From the NCBI GenBank assembly GCA_012295275.1, contig CM022669.1, forward strand, positions 4,526,001 through 4,590,000: 64,000 nucleotides of DNA. The letters run 5' to 3'. Under the pieces are notes generated by a model. It was not told where the DNA came from. It ran no database searches and saw only the letters and a program-made list of their open reading frames with translations. The translations under genes and the position numbers were made by a program. The stretch is from Chrysomallon squamiferum (lineage: Eukaryota > Animalia > Mollusca). Positions 1 to 14,609 of the stretch are shown one piece after another. Positions within the stretch are counted from its first letter, which is position 1. Each line of letters opens with the position of its first letter.

Positions 1-3000
1 GTTTATGGTTATCTGCTAGAAATGCTTTCATGTTTATGAAGGCGACAGATGTTTATGAAATAGTGGATGCTATAAATTAGGTTCGTATATACATAAAAAC
101 ATTTTTTTATTTTTTATTTCTTTATTTTTTTTTTTTATTGAAAACCAATGTTTACAGTTTTTCTTTCTTACTGAATCAATATTGTGTCTTATAGTTTTAA
201 GTCAACTTTTAATTTATTATTTTTGTTTTGGATTGCTCAGCTAATACAAATATCATTATAGACATTTATCATGCTGTCCATTATTGTAAATTGTATTGTA
301 TTGCACAATATTGCAAAGTAAATAATAAAAAAATAATAATGACTTTAATAAATATTTTTCTTTGTTTATTACTGTTGTTATTTTGCAGTAAAGTATTGTA
401 TAATACAATTATTATTTTATTTATATATCTATTATTACTGGTAAAATAATAATAATAATAATAATAATTCTTTATAAATATTATTTCAGTAAGTGAAGAA
501 CATAGTAATTCTTAGAATTTTGTCTGCTAATATTCGCTATCTTTAATTTAATGAAATCCTTCAAATTGTGGTCCTCGAAAAACTGAGATAAAGAAAGAAT
601 AAAGACATCTTTTGAAAATGTATAATTTTCTTTGGAAAAAGAGTAAATTACAGAGTTATTTGTCATGATTTTGTAGTTTCTAGGTTAAAAAAACAACAAC
701 AAAAATCCCCCACAAAACCCCCCACCATTTTAGTTCCAGGTTTATGAACACAACTGTTTAATTTGACTTTGAAAAAAGACAGGAAGAAAAAAAACTATTA
801 AAAAAAATTAAAAAAAAATAAAAAGAAAAAAAATTTATTAATGAAAGAAAGCAAAGGAGATTTTTAAAAGGGGTGAAAAAAATGTCATTTACACACAAAC
901 AAGAAAAACAAAATGAAGAAGAAGGAATTAAAGGAAGGGTCAGTGGAATTTTTAAAACCTGACAAAAAAAACGCTAATGTCATGCAAAAGCTTTTCCTAG
1001 TCAGTAATCTAATCTAATGAGGGAGCAGGAAAAGAAAATTAAATGTTGTTGTTTGAAAGAGAAGAAAAATGAAAACTCTTTGTTACTTTCAGCTCTTGAC
1101 ATCTCAACTTTCACTGGCCTCAAGCAACCATTAACTTCCACAACACCCAAAAAAACAGAGTTACTGATTATTAAAAGATATTATTTTCATTTAAATCTCA
1201 GAACACTGAGATTTTTCAAGTTATCAGATGTGAATGGATTAGCATTGTCGCCTTTATGTCCAAAAACATGGAAATGAAAAAACAAAAACAAACCTCAGCA
1301 AACTCCAAAAAGTTTTTGCCGTTAAAGAACATTTTGATAGAAACTCATCACATTATTAACATTTCAAACAGAAATGTGGGTGAGTGAACTGGATTCCAGT
1401 AAGTGTGCTGTAACACGCTATCTGAAAAAAAAACTACTATTGGCTTTTTTGAGACTTTTTAAAAAATACCTCTGCACATTATTAATTATATTATTTAAAA
1501 AAATAGATAGGGGTGGATATACTAGGATCTCAATTTCTGAATTTTTTAACAGCACTCAATCTCTCTATTATATTACATTATGTTATATAGTTTTGTATTG
1601 TATTGCTTTGTATTGCATTATTGTAGTGTAGTGTTATTTGATATATTATCTTCTATTATCTTCTATTGTATTGTATTATTTTCTATTATACTGTATTCTA
1701 TTGTGATAAATGGCAATTGACATAGGTGTCACAGTTGCCATCAAACTCTTTAACACAGTTTGTTAAAAACAAAAAATTATTTTTAATAACATCCCTGCCA
1801 TACTATTACCATGCACTGAAATTATAGAGATGGAGTAATGACACTAGTTTATCTATGAATAAAGTTCAATACCATGTTATTCGGGGAAAACCCACACAAA
1901 AGCCCACCTGCTGCTCAATGTTAAAATACATTTTAATATCATACAATCACATTATCAGTGTATCTTCAAGGAAATAGGTGACAGTGAGAAAATGATCATC
2001 CAGTCAGCAGTGCTCTAAGTGAAAGCAGCTTCAGGCTGAAACTAAATAATAGTTTTAATAAGTTAAAAAACACATGTTTAATAATATCTCCTCACATATG
2101 TGGGTGTGAGTGGTGAGCTCAGATTTGATTAGTTTCCAATGACCTACATTTTTTTTGTCTTCAGTAGCATGTTAATGGCAACAAGCAACATCTGACCGAC
2201 AAGAGAAAATATTTATTATTAATTAAAAACCATCATGTAAGTATTTTATTCAGACAGGTGGGTATAGGTGGGAGATGGGTGTTAAATGAGGTTCTCTTTT
2301 TTTATTAGTATTACATTCAGAGAAGTGAATGTAGAAGGGAAATAGGCTACATTGTAAGACCTAAGATTTAGGTATTTGTAAGTATATCTGAAGTTTGGAC
2401 CTATATATATGTGAACGTATACATACACAAACAAATGCAAAGACCCAATCACAGATGTAGACAAAAATACACATTTACAGTCAAACCATTCACTTGAATA
2501 TATACAAGTTCCAGTTAAAAACAACAAAAAGAGAAATATATAAATACCATATAAAATTTTTAAAAAAATAACAGCAACCAAAAAATATGCAAATGTACCA
2601 ACAAAGAAAAAAATAATACAAAAAAATTAATTTAAAATTAAATAAATAAGTAAATTGTTGTTTTTTTTTTTTTTTAAATAATGAGAAAGGTAAAGTATTA
2701 CTCCTTTAACCTGATATTTTAGTCTTCTACCATTCTCTATAATTGGAAAAAAACAACAAAAAAAACAACAACAAACAAAACAAAACAAAAAACAAATAAA
2801 GAAAATACAACACTTCACTTTAACCTTGAAAAATGTTACCAAACTCACCCCACAATCATCAAATCTTATTACACACAGTTTTTATTTTATTGTCATTTTA
2901 TATCATTAACTTTTTACTACTTTCAATTATATCAAAATACAAAACACACAAACTCAGAGGAGAATTTTATTCTTTTTTAAGCCAATTTCAAGATAGTATG

Positions 3001-3504
3001 TGTTAACATTATATTGATTTTTAAAATTGGATGGCAAAATAAAAACTTCAAAGATAAAAATGTATGCTGTGTTTTATGAATGAACTTTCAGTATTGAAAA
3101 AAGTAATAATAATGTGTTTGAAGATAAAAGCTAGGTTTTATAATTACAGTAATAACAATAATAATATTCATAATAACATCAATAATTTAAAAAAATAACA
3201 ACAATAATAACAAATTAAATAAAATGAGAAATTACAGAAAATGATACGGTTCTTTAAGATGCTTCTAATGTAGTTTTTCATGCTTGATAATCATTGATGT
3301 AAGAGACTGAAAACTGCTCACATGATTTAATAACTTTGAAACTTGTTATTATTTTAATTCTATAGAGATGTGGTAACTATGTGTTTCATGGGTATTTAAC
3401 ATTAAACTTATTATATCATAATTTTCTCATACTTATTAATATTAAACATTGTCCACTTGTGTAGCTGTTCTGTAAAATTCTGCATAAATTAAAACATGTA
3501 TATA

Positions 3505-3508
<4 letters not shown>

Positions 3509-3544
<36 letters not shown>

Positions 3545-3554
3545 TGTGTGTGTG
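3509..3554. repeat. (TG)n microsatellite
   Basis: Directly visible dinucleotide run. Confidence 0.95.
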
Positions 3555-3856
3555 AAAAAGTATATCTTCATTTTTTTTAATTCACTTGTTTATATAAAAT
3601 GAAATTTGTTTCAGAAACATATGCCAACATCAAACTATTAGTTAAATTAAATTATAAAATAAATACAAAATAGACTTTTACTGTTATCTAAATTTACTAA
3701 AGATAATAATACCCAGTGTCAAGATGATGCTATCAGTTAAATATATGAAGGATATAAAATATTTTTATTCCTCTAGTTTTTATTGTTTTTTTATTTTAGT
3801 ACATCATCATGAATATCTTTCTACTCAGATAGACCTCTTGGTAATTTACTTTACAA

Positions 3857-4058
3857 ATAATAATAATCATATTAATAATAATAATAATCATATTAATAAT
3901 AATAATAATAATATTAATAATAATAATAAAAAAAATAATAATAAAAAAAATATTAATAATAATAATAATAAAAACAAATAATAATAATAAAAATAACAAT
4001 AACAATATCAATAATAATAATAATATTAATAACAATAACAACAACAATAGTAACAATA
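3857..4058. repeat. Imperfect (AAT/AAC)n trinucleotide tract
   Basis: Visible; source of the poly-N and poly-I/L pseudo-ORFs. Confidence 0.9.
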
Positions 4059-5061
4059 AGAAGAAAAAAAAAAAAATAAATAAATAAATAAAACAGTAAT
4101 AAATAAAAAATTCCAGAATTCCAATTTACTTGATCATCTGAAATCAGTAAAATGTAATTCTCTAGTAAATAAAATGATTAAAGAAGAGAGAGATGTTTTA
4201 ATCATTTTTTCCTACAATAAAACTGAATGATAAAATAACAGAGTAGAAATTCTTCTAGCTTATTTTTAAATTCTTGATTTCCTTTTAATTTTTATTCTTG
4301 TTATTTTTAATTGTTTTTTTGTTGTTGTTGTTCTAAATTTCTGTCTAATTAAAATAACACACAAATATATTTAAATAACTTATTATTTGACTTTGTTTTG
4401 ACACAGTAATTTTTAAAATAAATTGTTTGATGTTAAAATAATTATTAAAAAGCAAATCCCTTTGATCTCTTTTCAAATGTTGTAAACAACAATTATTATT
4501 TTAATTTTTTTGTTTGATGAAAGTAACTTTTTTTCAAAAATGGTCGACATAATCATAAGGCTATAACTGTTTTAGCAAGAAACAATAATCAATTTATAAT
4601 AATACTAAAGCTAGATAAATTTAACATTTTATAATGATTTAATAAAAAAAATAAGTAAAAATTAAACATGATAAAATAAATAGATATAAATAAAATTAAA
4701 TAGCAATAAAAAATAAATAATAAAGTAAAAATACTAATTAAAAATAAAGAAATGACAAAAGGAACCTAATAAAATAAACAAAAAAGGAAAAATGTAAAGA
4801 AAATTGTTAAATTAATAAGCAAAGAAAATCAAAGAAAATAAATGGTCAGAAAAATTGCAAAGCCCAAGATAACCAGGGTCTGTAATTTAATTGTTAATTT
4901 TGATGTAGTAAAATTCTGCCATGGATCAGTAGCAGAACTCAGTGAAGTGTAAAATAGTCACAAGTTCATTTAAGAGCAACGGAAAAATGGAGAATATGGC
5001 AATACATTGTTTTTAGTTATAAATAAAAATCAATAACTTGAGTGATAAAATAAGAAAAAAG

Positions 5062-5063
<2 letters not shown>

Positions 5064-5142
<79 letters not shown>
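5064..5142. repeat. (GA)n microsatellite
   Basis: Pure run of about 39 units. Confidence 0.97.
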
Positions 5143-5144
<2 letters not shown>

Positions 5145-5339
5145 CATACTTACATTACACTAATGGCACAAATATACACTCACACAGACACATAAGCAGA
5201 ATCACAATATGTAAACATGAATAAACACACACACATACACATACAAAGCCACTCAGATTTTTAATAACTGTGATTAATTGTGTTTTGCAAGTCTAATTTA
5301 CTTAGATATTTTTTAGTTTTTTAAATTATAAATTAAACT

Positions 5340-5830
5340 GACTTTCCCTGGAAAGTTCTACCCAGGACAATGATATTGAAATACTAGAACTCCCCCTGAT
5401 TCTCATTACTGGATATGATATATATTAAGTTGTGTATCAACTGGCATCAAGGGAGGAACTGTTTTATGGTGGTGAATTCCCTGGGTATGAAATACTAGAC
5501 CTGCTCCTGATACCTATTATTAGACATGATAGATGCAACTTGTGTTTCAACTAGTCACAAGGGAGGGACTGTTTCACAATGGTGCAATCCTTTCTGCATG
5601 GAATAATGATAGATACAACTTGAGTATCTTCTGGTCACAAGGTATGGACTGTGTACAACCTCTGCATGGAATGATGGACTGTATTTTACAAGGTATGGAC
5701 TGTTTTACAAATGTGCATCCCCTCTGCATGGAACAGCAGACCTGCCCCATAACTCGCTGTTATTAGACATGATGGACACAAGTTGTGTAAGAAGTGGACA
5801 CAAGGGAGTTAATGTTTTATAAAGATCTGA
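5340..5830. repeat. Degenerate tandem repeat with a unit of about 110 bp
   Basis: Recurring gaaatactaga...ttagacatgat...agttgtgt...cacaagggag-ggactgtttt blocks, 3-4 diverged copies. Confidence 0.7.
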
Positions 5831-8164
5831 AGAGAGTTTTCAATCACTGATATGGATAATTATTTTTAAAAAACTGTGCTGCTTGTACATAGTCCACTGA
5901 GAAATGAGAATGATGAGTGTAAGGAATGAAGTAAATACAGCTGTATTTTATCTGTTTTCTGAGAAACTGGACTATCTCACACTGAGCTTTCAACTTAATA
6001 GATTATTTTCATTCTTAATGGCTTTAACCAGTTTATTTGTCAAAAAGAAGTAAATTTTTAAAAGGATGTTTGATTTAAAATTTAAAACATAAAAAATAAA
6101 AATAAAAAAAAATAAAAAAATAAAAAAAAAAAAAAATAAAAAAAAAAAACAAATAAAAAAATTTAAAAACCAAGAAAATTTATTAATTTTATCAATGAAC
6201 AGACATTGATTTTTTTCAAAGAAATAAAAAAATAATAATAAAAAAAAAATAATAAAATAAATAAATAAAGACAAAAAACATAATAATAAAAAAATAAACA
6301 CTTAATTTTTCTATTATCTTCATGAATGAATGAACTTTGACTTTCAAAGAAAAATAATAATCCAAAAAAAAAAAATATATATATATATATATATAAATAT
6401 TAATTTGTATCTTTAATGCAGCCAATTTTCTGTAAATCCCCACTAAATGTTTGTGATCTACTTGCACACAAACAATTATTTGGTTAGCTTAGATCTGAAG
6501 TAATTGACTGCAACTCTTCAAATTGCTTCCCTCACCTGTGTGATCTCTTGACCAGCTCACAATACACAATATTGATTCAGGTTACTCAGTCACTTATCTA
6601 ACACCTAATGAGAGTCTAAAAAATAAAAATTTTACATTTCTGGAATAGCAAACTGTTAACCAATTGTTCAGAAAAAAATTATTTTTGTGAAAATATTTCT
6701 ATTTTCTTCTCTTTATGTTTTTTTTTTTTTTTTTTTTTTTTTTTTTCATTTTCTTTTTCTTTCTCAGTAACAATAAGAAAATAAAAAAAATAAAACAATT
6801 TATTTTTATCTTTCTTTTGTTGTTGGTTTTGAATTAATGTAACTAATTACTTTAAAAAAATTTTAAAAATTAAATAACTTATATTTTAAAGAATAGCTAA
6901 ATGTTAATTGAAAGAAAGAAAAATATTGTTTTACTGTAAAATTGTTTTTGTTTCACCATACCAGTGTGAATAAGGAAAGAAAATAAGAAAAAAAGTGAAT
7001 TTTTAAATTAAATTTCTTGCACATCTATTTGATGAAAAGTGAAAACTATTAAAAATTAAAAAAAATGTCCTGTTATATTTAATTTTATTGCTCTCTTGTG
7101 AGTAAAATCTGAACCGGATCAGTGAATTATTTTTTTCACTACATCCTTAGAATCACTAATTACTGAAAAGGTTAACAGGCTTATATCTTCATCTGGAATG
7201 AACAAATCAAGTTAAGTGGTTTAAAATCACGAAATTATAAAATTATTAAAAGATAAAAAAATTTTTTTTTGAAACTCTATTTATGTAATGTTCCATTGTG
7301 AGATGGCTTGAAGTAAACATTGTTGTTTTCAAATAAGTTATTTTTCATTATTTTTTTTTTCTTTTTTTTTTCATTTATCTAAAAAAAAAAAAAAAAAAAC
7401 AAACATTTTTAGAATGCAAATTCTTAAAATAGTGCTCAGAAGCAAATAATATTTTAATTAAAATGCACTGTTCTACTCTAAAATTCCACCATAATTTGTT
7501 GTTTTTCTTAAATTCAAGAAAACCAGTGAATAGTATTAAAAAAAGAGTAAGAATTCTGAATGACAAATCTAGCTGTTCAAGGAAAAAAACATCATTTAAA
7601 TGTAGTGGTTTTATTTTGAGCTCCACTGATTGTGTCTGCTGAAGAAAACCAGTCAACTATTGTAAAATAATTAATTAATTTAATTTAAAACAAAAAAAAA
7701 TCTTTAGTATAATACATCTGTCTATAAGTTCATTTGGTGCTTTTGTATTAAAATAAAAATGCAGTTGTGTTTAAATTGTCTTTTTTTTTTCTTTTGGATT
7801 TCTCAAAGATCATTAACCTATAGATGTACCATAAAAATAAATAAGAAGGCCAAAGTATGATAATAATAGTATTAATACAGCAACAATAACAATAACAATA
7901 ATAATAACAGCAATAATAATAATAATAATAACAATAACAATAGTAATAATAAAAATAATAATTAAGAAGAATGATAATAATAAATATATATTTTTTAAAT
8001 ATATCTAATTCCTGTTTTCAAAAAAATTTTTAATTCAAATTTTTGTACAATTTTCTTTTACAATGAAAACATAAAGCCTTACAAATGTGTCTGGATTTTT
8101 ACAAAAGTTTTTGTCTTTGGGCAAAGCCAACATTCTGACTCTAAAATTAGTCAACATCTCAGAC

Positions 8165-8280
8165 ACTAAATGTTTGCCTTGGGTGTAATGAGTCAGTGGG
8201 TTCAATCCTCTTAAAAGGCTAAAAAGGTTATTTCCCAATCCAACCAGTAGATGTGAAGTAGGTACGAAAAGTTTTCTGAT
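8165..8280 (+). mobile_element. Decayed tRNA-derived SINE fragment
   Basis: B-box-like gggttcaatcct followed by ttatttcccaatccaaccag. The latter 20-mer recurs at about 21464-21483, indicating a dispersed repeat family. Confidence 0.45.
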
Positions 8281-8349
8281 TTATATAAAAGAAAATGCAT
8301 TCTGCAAAGTAGGTATGACTGTCCATTGTAATTAAATAAAAGTTAAATA

Positions 8350-8730
8350 AGTTATGGAATCTGATTAATTAAAGATTATGGAATCTTATTAATGATTATG
8401 GAAAAATTATTGAAGAATAATTATAGATTTTACAGAATATGACTAAATAATGGTTATAGAAATCCCTTAAGGAATGATTATAGAATTTTGTTTAATAATG
8501 ATTAAAATCTGATTAGAGAATTATCACAGACAGTGAATAAGTAGGAATACCAAATCTGATTAATAAATATGTTTATAGAATTTTGTTAAAGAATGATTAT
8601 TAAATCTCATTACATTATTACAGAATCTCATTAATGATTACAAAATATTATAGAATTTTGTTCAAAGAATGATTACAGAATTGTATTAAAAAATGATTAC
8701 AGAATTTTATTAAATAATTATAACAGATTT
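8350..8730. repeat. Degenerate minisatellite of about 24 bp (aatgattatagaattttgtt-like)
   Basis: Many diverged copies of gattat(a/g)gaat(t/c)t. Confidence 0.7.
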
Positions 8731-8807
8731 TGATGAAAGAATAACAAACATACATATACATATCTACATATATTAATACATACACATGCAGTATATACTT
8801 ACCTACA

Positions 8808-8808
8808 C

Positions 8809-8839
<31 letters not shown>

Positions 8840-8852
8840 CATACATACACAC

Positions 8853-8883
<31 letters not shown>

Positions 8884-8906
8884 CATACATACATACATAC
8901 ATACAC
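8808..8906. repeat. (CATA)n tetranucleotide microsatellite
   Basis: Directly visible. Confidence 0.95.
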
Positions 8907-9277
8907 GTATGTACATATATGTTTATATATCTTTCCACAGCTGTAAAACACACACACACACATCACTGAAGAAGTGAACAATACTTATGAGTTGATATAC
9001 TGTCTGATGTGAGACAATTAGACTTGGTTCTAGAATTCCCCTGTGAGTATCACCTCCCATTAACCCAGTAAACAGATGAGATGGGCCTGTAACAATGACA
9101 TGAGCTGTGAAAACTGGTTAAAAGTGATGTTCTATAGGAAAACACTTGGTGATTGTGTGAAAAAAAAAAAAGTCAATGAAAGCTAGGAGAAAAAAACCTG
9201 GGACAAAGTATCTTGTTTATGTCATTGTGAATGAGTTCAGTGAAAAATAACAGAAAAACATGCATGTGCACACACAC

Positions 9278-9313
<36 letters not shown>

Positions 9314-9879
9314 ATTCACATACATCCACTCTCTCACACACACAGATAAACACATACACCAGAATTTACAAATATAAAAGAAACACATTTGTAATGCAAA
9401 CTACAAAATTAGGAATTTAAAACTATAATTGTTACTACTGTTCCATTACTACTACTGCTACTCCCTTACTACTACTACTGTATTACTGTCATCACTCCTA
9501 CAGCTTCTACTTAATAATAATAACAACAATAATAAAAAGAAGAAGAAGAAGAATAACATTAACGAAATCAAAAAAGAAAATTAATTATAGAAAATTAAAT
9601 ATCAAACTAGTTCATTTAAAAGTTCCAGTATATTGTGGATCGTAATATAGAAAATAGTATCAGAAACGTGATTGACACTTAATTTGACCAATTGGCAAGA
9701 AGTGTGAGATGAGAGGGAAGAAGCAGACAAAACAAAATGGCTATTGAGTGATGTGTTAGATGACATTAGAAAACCTGAAGAGACACACAATTCAATACAC
9801 TTCTCATAAACAGAACTCTTCGATTATTTGAGAAAGAAAAAGTCTTTATTAATCAATATATTTATTTTATTAATATTTT

Positions 9880-10270
9880 TTTAATCAAAATCAAACTTAG
9901 AACCTTGTATTCAAACCTTCCATCAGTCATACTCAAATCCATTGTCAGCTCAAATCAGAGACAAACTCAAACGTGAGTGCCGTTCACTAAAATACACACA
10001 CTGATAATTATTTTACACAATTAACAAAAACAACATTTTGTTCGAAAAGCTGTATTCAAATTGGCACATAAGCTTTGCTCAAATTTGAGCTCAAAATATA
10101 CACAAACTCAAACTTTGCAGTAAACCCACACAGAAATCCATGTTAAGCCTAAGACAAGCACTGTCTCTCTTTTGATGAAACGGTGCAGTAAAATCCACAA
10201 ACTAATGATTATTTTACTTAACAAAGAAAACACAAGATATGAAAACTGAAGACTTTGAACTCGGATCAAA
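9880..10270. repeat. Old degenerate tandem duplication (about 200-bp period)
   Basis: taaaatacacacactgataattattttac (~9988) versus taaaatccacaaactaatgattattttac (~10189); repeated acaaactcaaac and gctcaaa motifs. Confidence 0.5.
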
Positions 10271-10952
10271 GCAAATCCTGAGATAAATTCTTGTAATAAT
10301 ATTTCTATCTTTCTAATGAGATATTTTTATTATTCATTCTTTCCATATTGGTTGCTTTTATGCATTTTTCACTACGAATCTCTTCCATCTGGGTTAACTC
10401 AACTAGCCAGTGGATTGGCAAACCTAAGATTTTTGTTATTTTCATTGTGTTTGATAAGCTACATTATAGTTTCATTATTTCTGTGCCTTCATGTTACAGT
10501 AATATTACATCTCAAGCCATTTATATTATCAGTAAATCAGTCATTAACTCAATTTTTATTTACCTTGTTTCTGTTTAATTTTATATTTATTTGGATAATG
10601 ATTCTCTGGCATTTTTAGCTAAATATTTATTAACAGACATATGTAAAATCTCATGAAAATAGTTATTGCTTTGTGGTGTTTTGGGGGGTTTGTTATACTT
10701 CTTTGTAAATGTAAGTCTGTCCCTGTGTTTGTGCATGTGCATGTTTGTGTGTGTATGCCTGTTTGTGTGTCTGTGTTTAAAACCAAAGGTTATTTTGTGT
10801 GCACAAGAAAGAACACACTGTTGACCTTCCTACACTAGACACAGCCTCAAATCTGAAACAGGAAGTAGCACAAGATATCCAGCATACAGAACTAAAGTCA
10901 CACTCTACTCATAACTGCTTTATCACTAATGTCAAGACTGGTCTCAAGATGG

Positions 10953-10970
10953 GAGTGAGTGAGTGAGAGT

Positions 10971-11010
<40 letters not shown>

Positions 11011-11170
11011 TACACACAGACGGAGAGAAACAGACAGACGGAAGGAGAGAGAGAGAGAGATTTGAAATAATTAAAATATAGTGTAACTGTTTATTGTAAA
11101 GTATACACTAGTATGTTAGAGAGAGAGAGAGAGAGAGAGAGAGAGTGTGTGTGTGTGTGAGTGTGTGTGT
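10953..11170. repeat. Compound (GAGT)/(GA)/(GT) microsatellites
   Basis: Directly visible. Confidence 0.9.
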
Positions 11171-12326
11171 CTTGTACTAATTAAAATATGATGTAAGTGT
11201 GTTTATTATAAACCCAGCATTTGACAAAGATAGTACTTGACAATTTAGACAGCTGTGGAGTGGAAAAAGTTCTTGTTTATAACAAGAATGTTAATATCTG
11301 ATGACCTTGAATCTGACCTTGACCATTTCAAAATTATTTGCCTACATTTTAAAGAGACAGGAAGTGACTCTTCCTGGTCATCCTGTAAGCAGGAAGTGAT
11401 GCTCCTTTGCTTGACACCCCTTGGTTAATAAGCAAATATCAAAATATTTCTAGATCCTGAAGAGATGTTTAATAATGACAGCTAGCAGAAGGTTTATAAT
11501 TTATAATATTTTATTGGTGTAGAAAGGTGAATGCTATTTAACAAGAAGTCTTGTTATTTTTGATGAGAAGTGTAAAATGGTGAATCTTGTTATTTTTCAT
11601 GATAAAAGAAATTTAAATATTTCAAAATGTTCAGGTGGTATTTTGAAATCAGTAATTAGCAGAACAGTTGTTTTAAAAAATTGTGTCAGTGTGCAAGGGT
11701 AAAAACAACTTAGTAAGATGTCTTATTATTTTAACTGGCATTATTTTAGAGATGAACAGACTTTGAGTGGTGAAGAAACATTCTGAAACCAGGAAAAAAT
11801 GGTTATTTAAAATTTGGTCAGTGTGAAATGGAAAATACTGCTTTATGTAAAATAGAAAGTGTTAAACCATTTCAACAGACTGAAGTGACATTTTGAAATT
11901 TATAACAATTCTTACTTAAACTTGATCAGGATAAAATCATGAAAAATGTACTGTGTCCAAAGTGATGATATAAATCAATGTATGCTGTGTTTTATGCACA
12001 GAAATGTTATTTCGAGTTGCAAATAAAAACAGTATGAAAAATTCTGATGGTCAAACCTTAGGAAAGCACACTTATAGTTAAAAAAGTTTATTAAGGTATT
12101 CCATTACAGAAGTATAATATGATAAACACAGCAGTCTCCATGCTTTGGTGAGAATTTCAAATTTATAACAAAACCATACTTCAGTGGCAAAACAAATATT
12201 AAAATATATAAAAATAATGAAAAAGATACATTTTAAATTCTACTGTACAAATCCATTTTTTTTATTTTTTTTATTTTTTTATTTTTTTGATTTCAGAAGA
12301 ATTCCATTTACCTTAAATATATATAA

Positions 12327-12357
<31 letters not shown>

Positions 12358-13697
12358 TAAAAATATAAAAAATAAATAAATGTAATTTTCATTTGGTTTA
12401 TTTCTTCATTTCTTTCTATCTAGAAATATAATCTAAATAAACAATATATTAAAAAAAAAAATAACCAAACCAAACATTCACTGAATCTAACAGGAGACTC
12501 AATAGGAAAATGTCAGGAAAAAAAAAAAAAAAAAAAAAGAAAAAGAAAGAAAAAATCTGGATGAATCTGTCTTTATCACTTTATGTTTAGAATCTCATTT
12601 CCGATGAAAAGACCCATGCATGTTATTGCTTATGATCATTTTGTCACTTGTTAACAAGCGTGCAAATATCAATGTACTTTTCAACAATGGAGTCCGACAG
12701 TCGAACTGTCACAGGGGAAAATGGTGCATGTAAAGAAAAGAAAGTAATAATAGAAATAAAAATTTATAAAAAAATAAACTGGTTGTGCCTGAAGTAATAA
12801 ATATATTTAAAATATAAAAAAAATGTTCTTGTCTTTAATGGCAGAAGTCAAACATTTTTGTTTTTTTCAAATTTGTATTTTTTAATATTTTTAAAAAACA
12901 ATTTTTTATTTATTTATTTATTTATTTTTTTTTTTTTGTAATGACCTCCTAAATGTGACCTATAAAAAGATTTGCAGGTCATAGTACTAGTTTTGTTTTT
13001 GATCAATCAAATCATGGAAAATTTTACAATCTTTTAACTTTAGTATTAAAATAAAACTCAATTTTTTATTTGTTTTGTTTCAAACAGATTTTCAATATAA
13101 TTCTTATTCATGTGTACGTTAATTAAATAAACTAGCTTTGTGGATGGAATTATGAAACCTATTTTCATTAAATTAAATTACAAAATATTTTATCAGCCTT
13201 CATTTGATATTCAAATCATCAGTTTTGTATAAAAACTTTTATTTGGTTTAGCAGTTGCAACTAATGGAAATTTATTTTGAAGGAAACACACACACTACAT
13301 TTTTACAAATTGAATTTCAATGTAGAGTTGAAATTATCTTAAAATTAAATATCAGATTTTGTGCATACACAGTAAGAAATTTCAGTTTCACTTCTTATTT
13401 TTGTCAAAATTAATTCTGACAATATTAATCCATGTCACCTTTTAAAAGAAAAGAAAAAAATATATATATTATAAAACAGTGATTCCTAAAAGTTATAAAA
13501 GCTTCAAAATTTCTCTGTATGAAAATTAATATTACAGTTTTCACTTAAACAGTGAAGTGTAATTATTCTTTATTTTTTCTGTCTTTTTTCTATCAGTCAT
13601 TCCACCCATCTGTTCATCCATCTTCAATCCATGAAAATATCATCCTTGTTAAAAATAAAAAATCCATTCTTTGATTCTCTATTCATATATCAGTTTA

Positions 13698-13782
13698 TAT
13701 CCATCCATCCATCCATCCATCCATCCATTCATCCATCCATCCATCATCCATCCATCCATCCATCCATCCATTGATCCATCCA
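13698..13782. repeat. (CCAT)n microsatellite
   Basis: Directly visible. Confidence 0.93.
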
Positions 13783-14578
13783 AGTAATCAGCTGTCGACT
13801 CCTACTTAATATTAATCAACTGTCCATTCCATCTTCAAGTGTCTTCAATAAGAAATGAATTAAAAAAACATCCACCAACCGTACGTCAGTTTAAACACAT
13901 CCATCCATTCATCTGTCCATCAAAGTAACTAACCATCCATCCCTACTTCATTACATTCAAGCAGAGCTACATTTAATGATGTGCCAATTCATCCATCTTT
14001 CCGTTTATTAATTTTGTTTTTATCACTTTTCAATCAGTAAAAAAAGCATTTAACCAGTTACTTTTATAAGCCCTTCATTATTTTTATAACACATATATAA
14101 AATATACACGTTTGATGGTGCTGCCATTTTGACAGTAAATTATCAAACCTACGCACAATTTGATTTGACAGTTAAAATTATTTGTCATTTCTTTACGATT
14201 CTGCACCAGCCTGTTACATAAAAGGCAAAAATCTTGTCACTTATGACTCTTATATAGCAACACAAACACTTGAAATTTATGGTTGCACTGCACCAATTCA
14301 CAGACCAGCAGGTCAAAGGTCAGAAGTATCATCACAAATTCTGCTGCTTCAGCTTTTGATGTTAACTGTTTGTGTGGACATATTTTTATTAGAATCATTC
14401 TGATGTCTGCAGTATTCAAACATATCAGCTGAGAAATAATAAACAGCTTATGAATGGTTTACCTTTTATGAGGGTTTTGAAGATTTGTTGGTGGTAGTTT
14501 GATGTGTGTAAAAGGAAGTGTGTACATGTATGTGTGTGAGTGTCCATGTGTGTGTGTGCACATATCTATATAATTATA

Positions 14579-14609
<31 letters not shown>

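Noticed and set aside
14237-14430. Minus-strand ORF with an acceptor-like site (…ICPHKQLTSKAEAAEFVMIL…) as a later FOCAD exon
   Set aside because: Weak similarity, no clear donor, and the intervening exons are missing.
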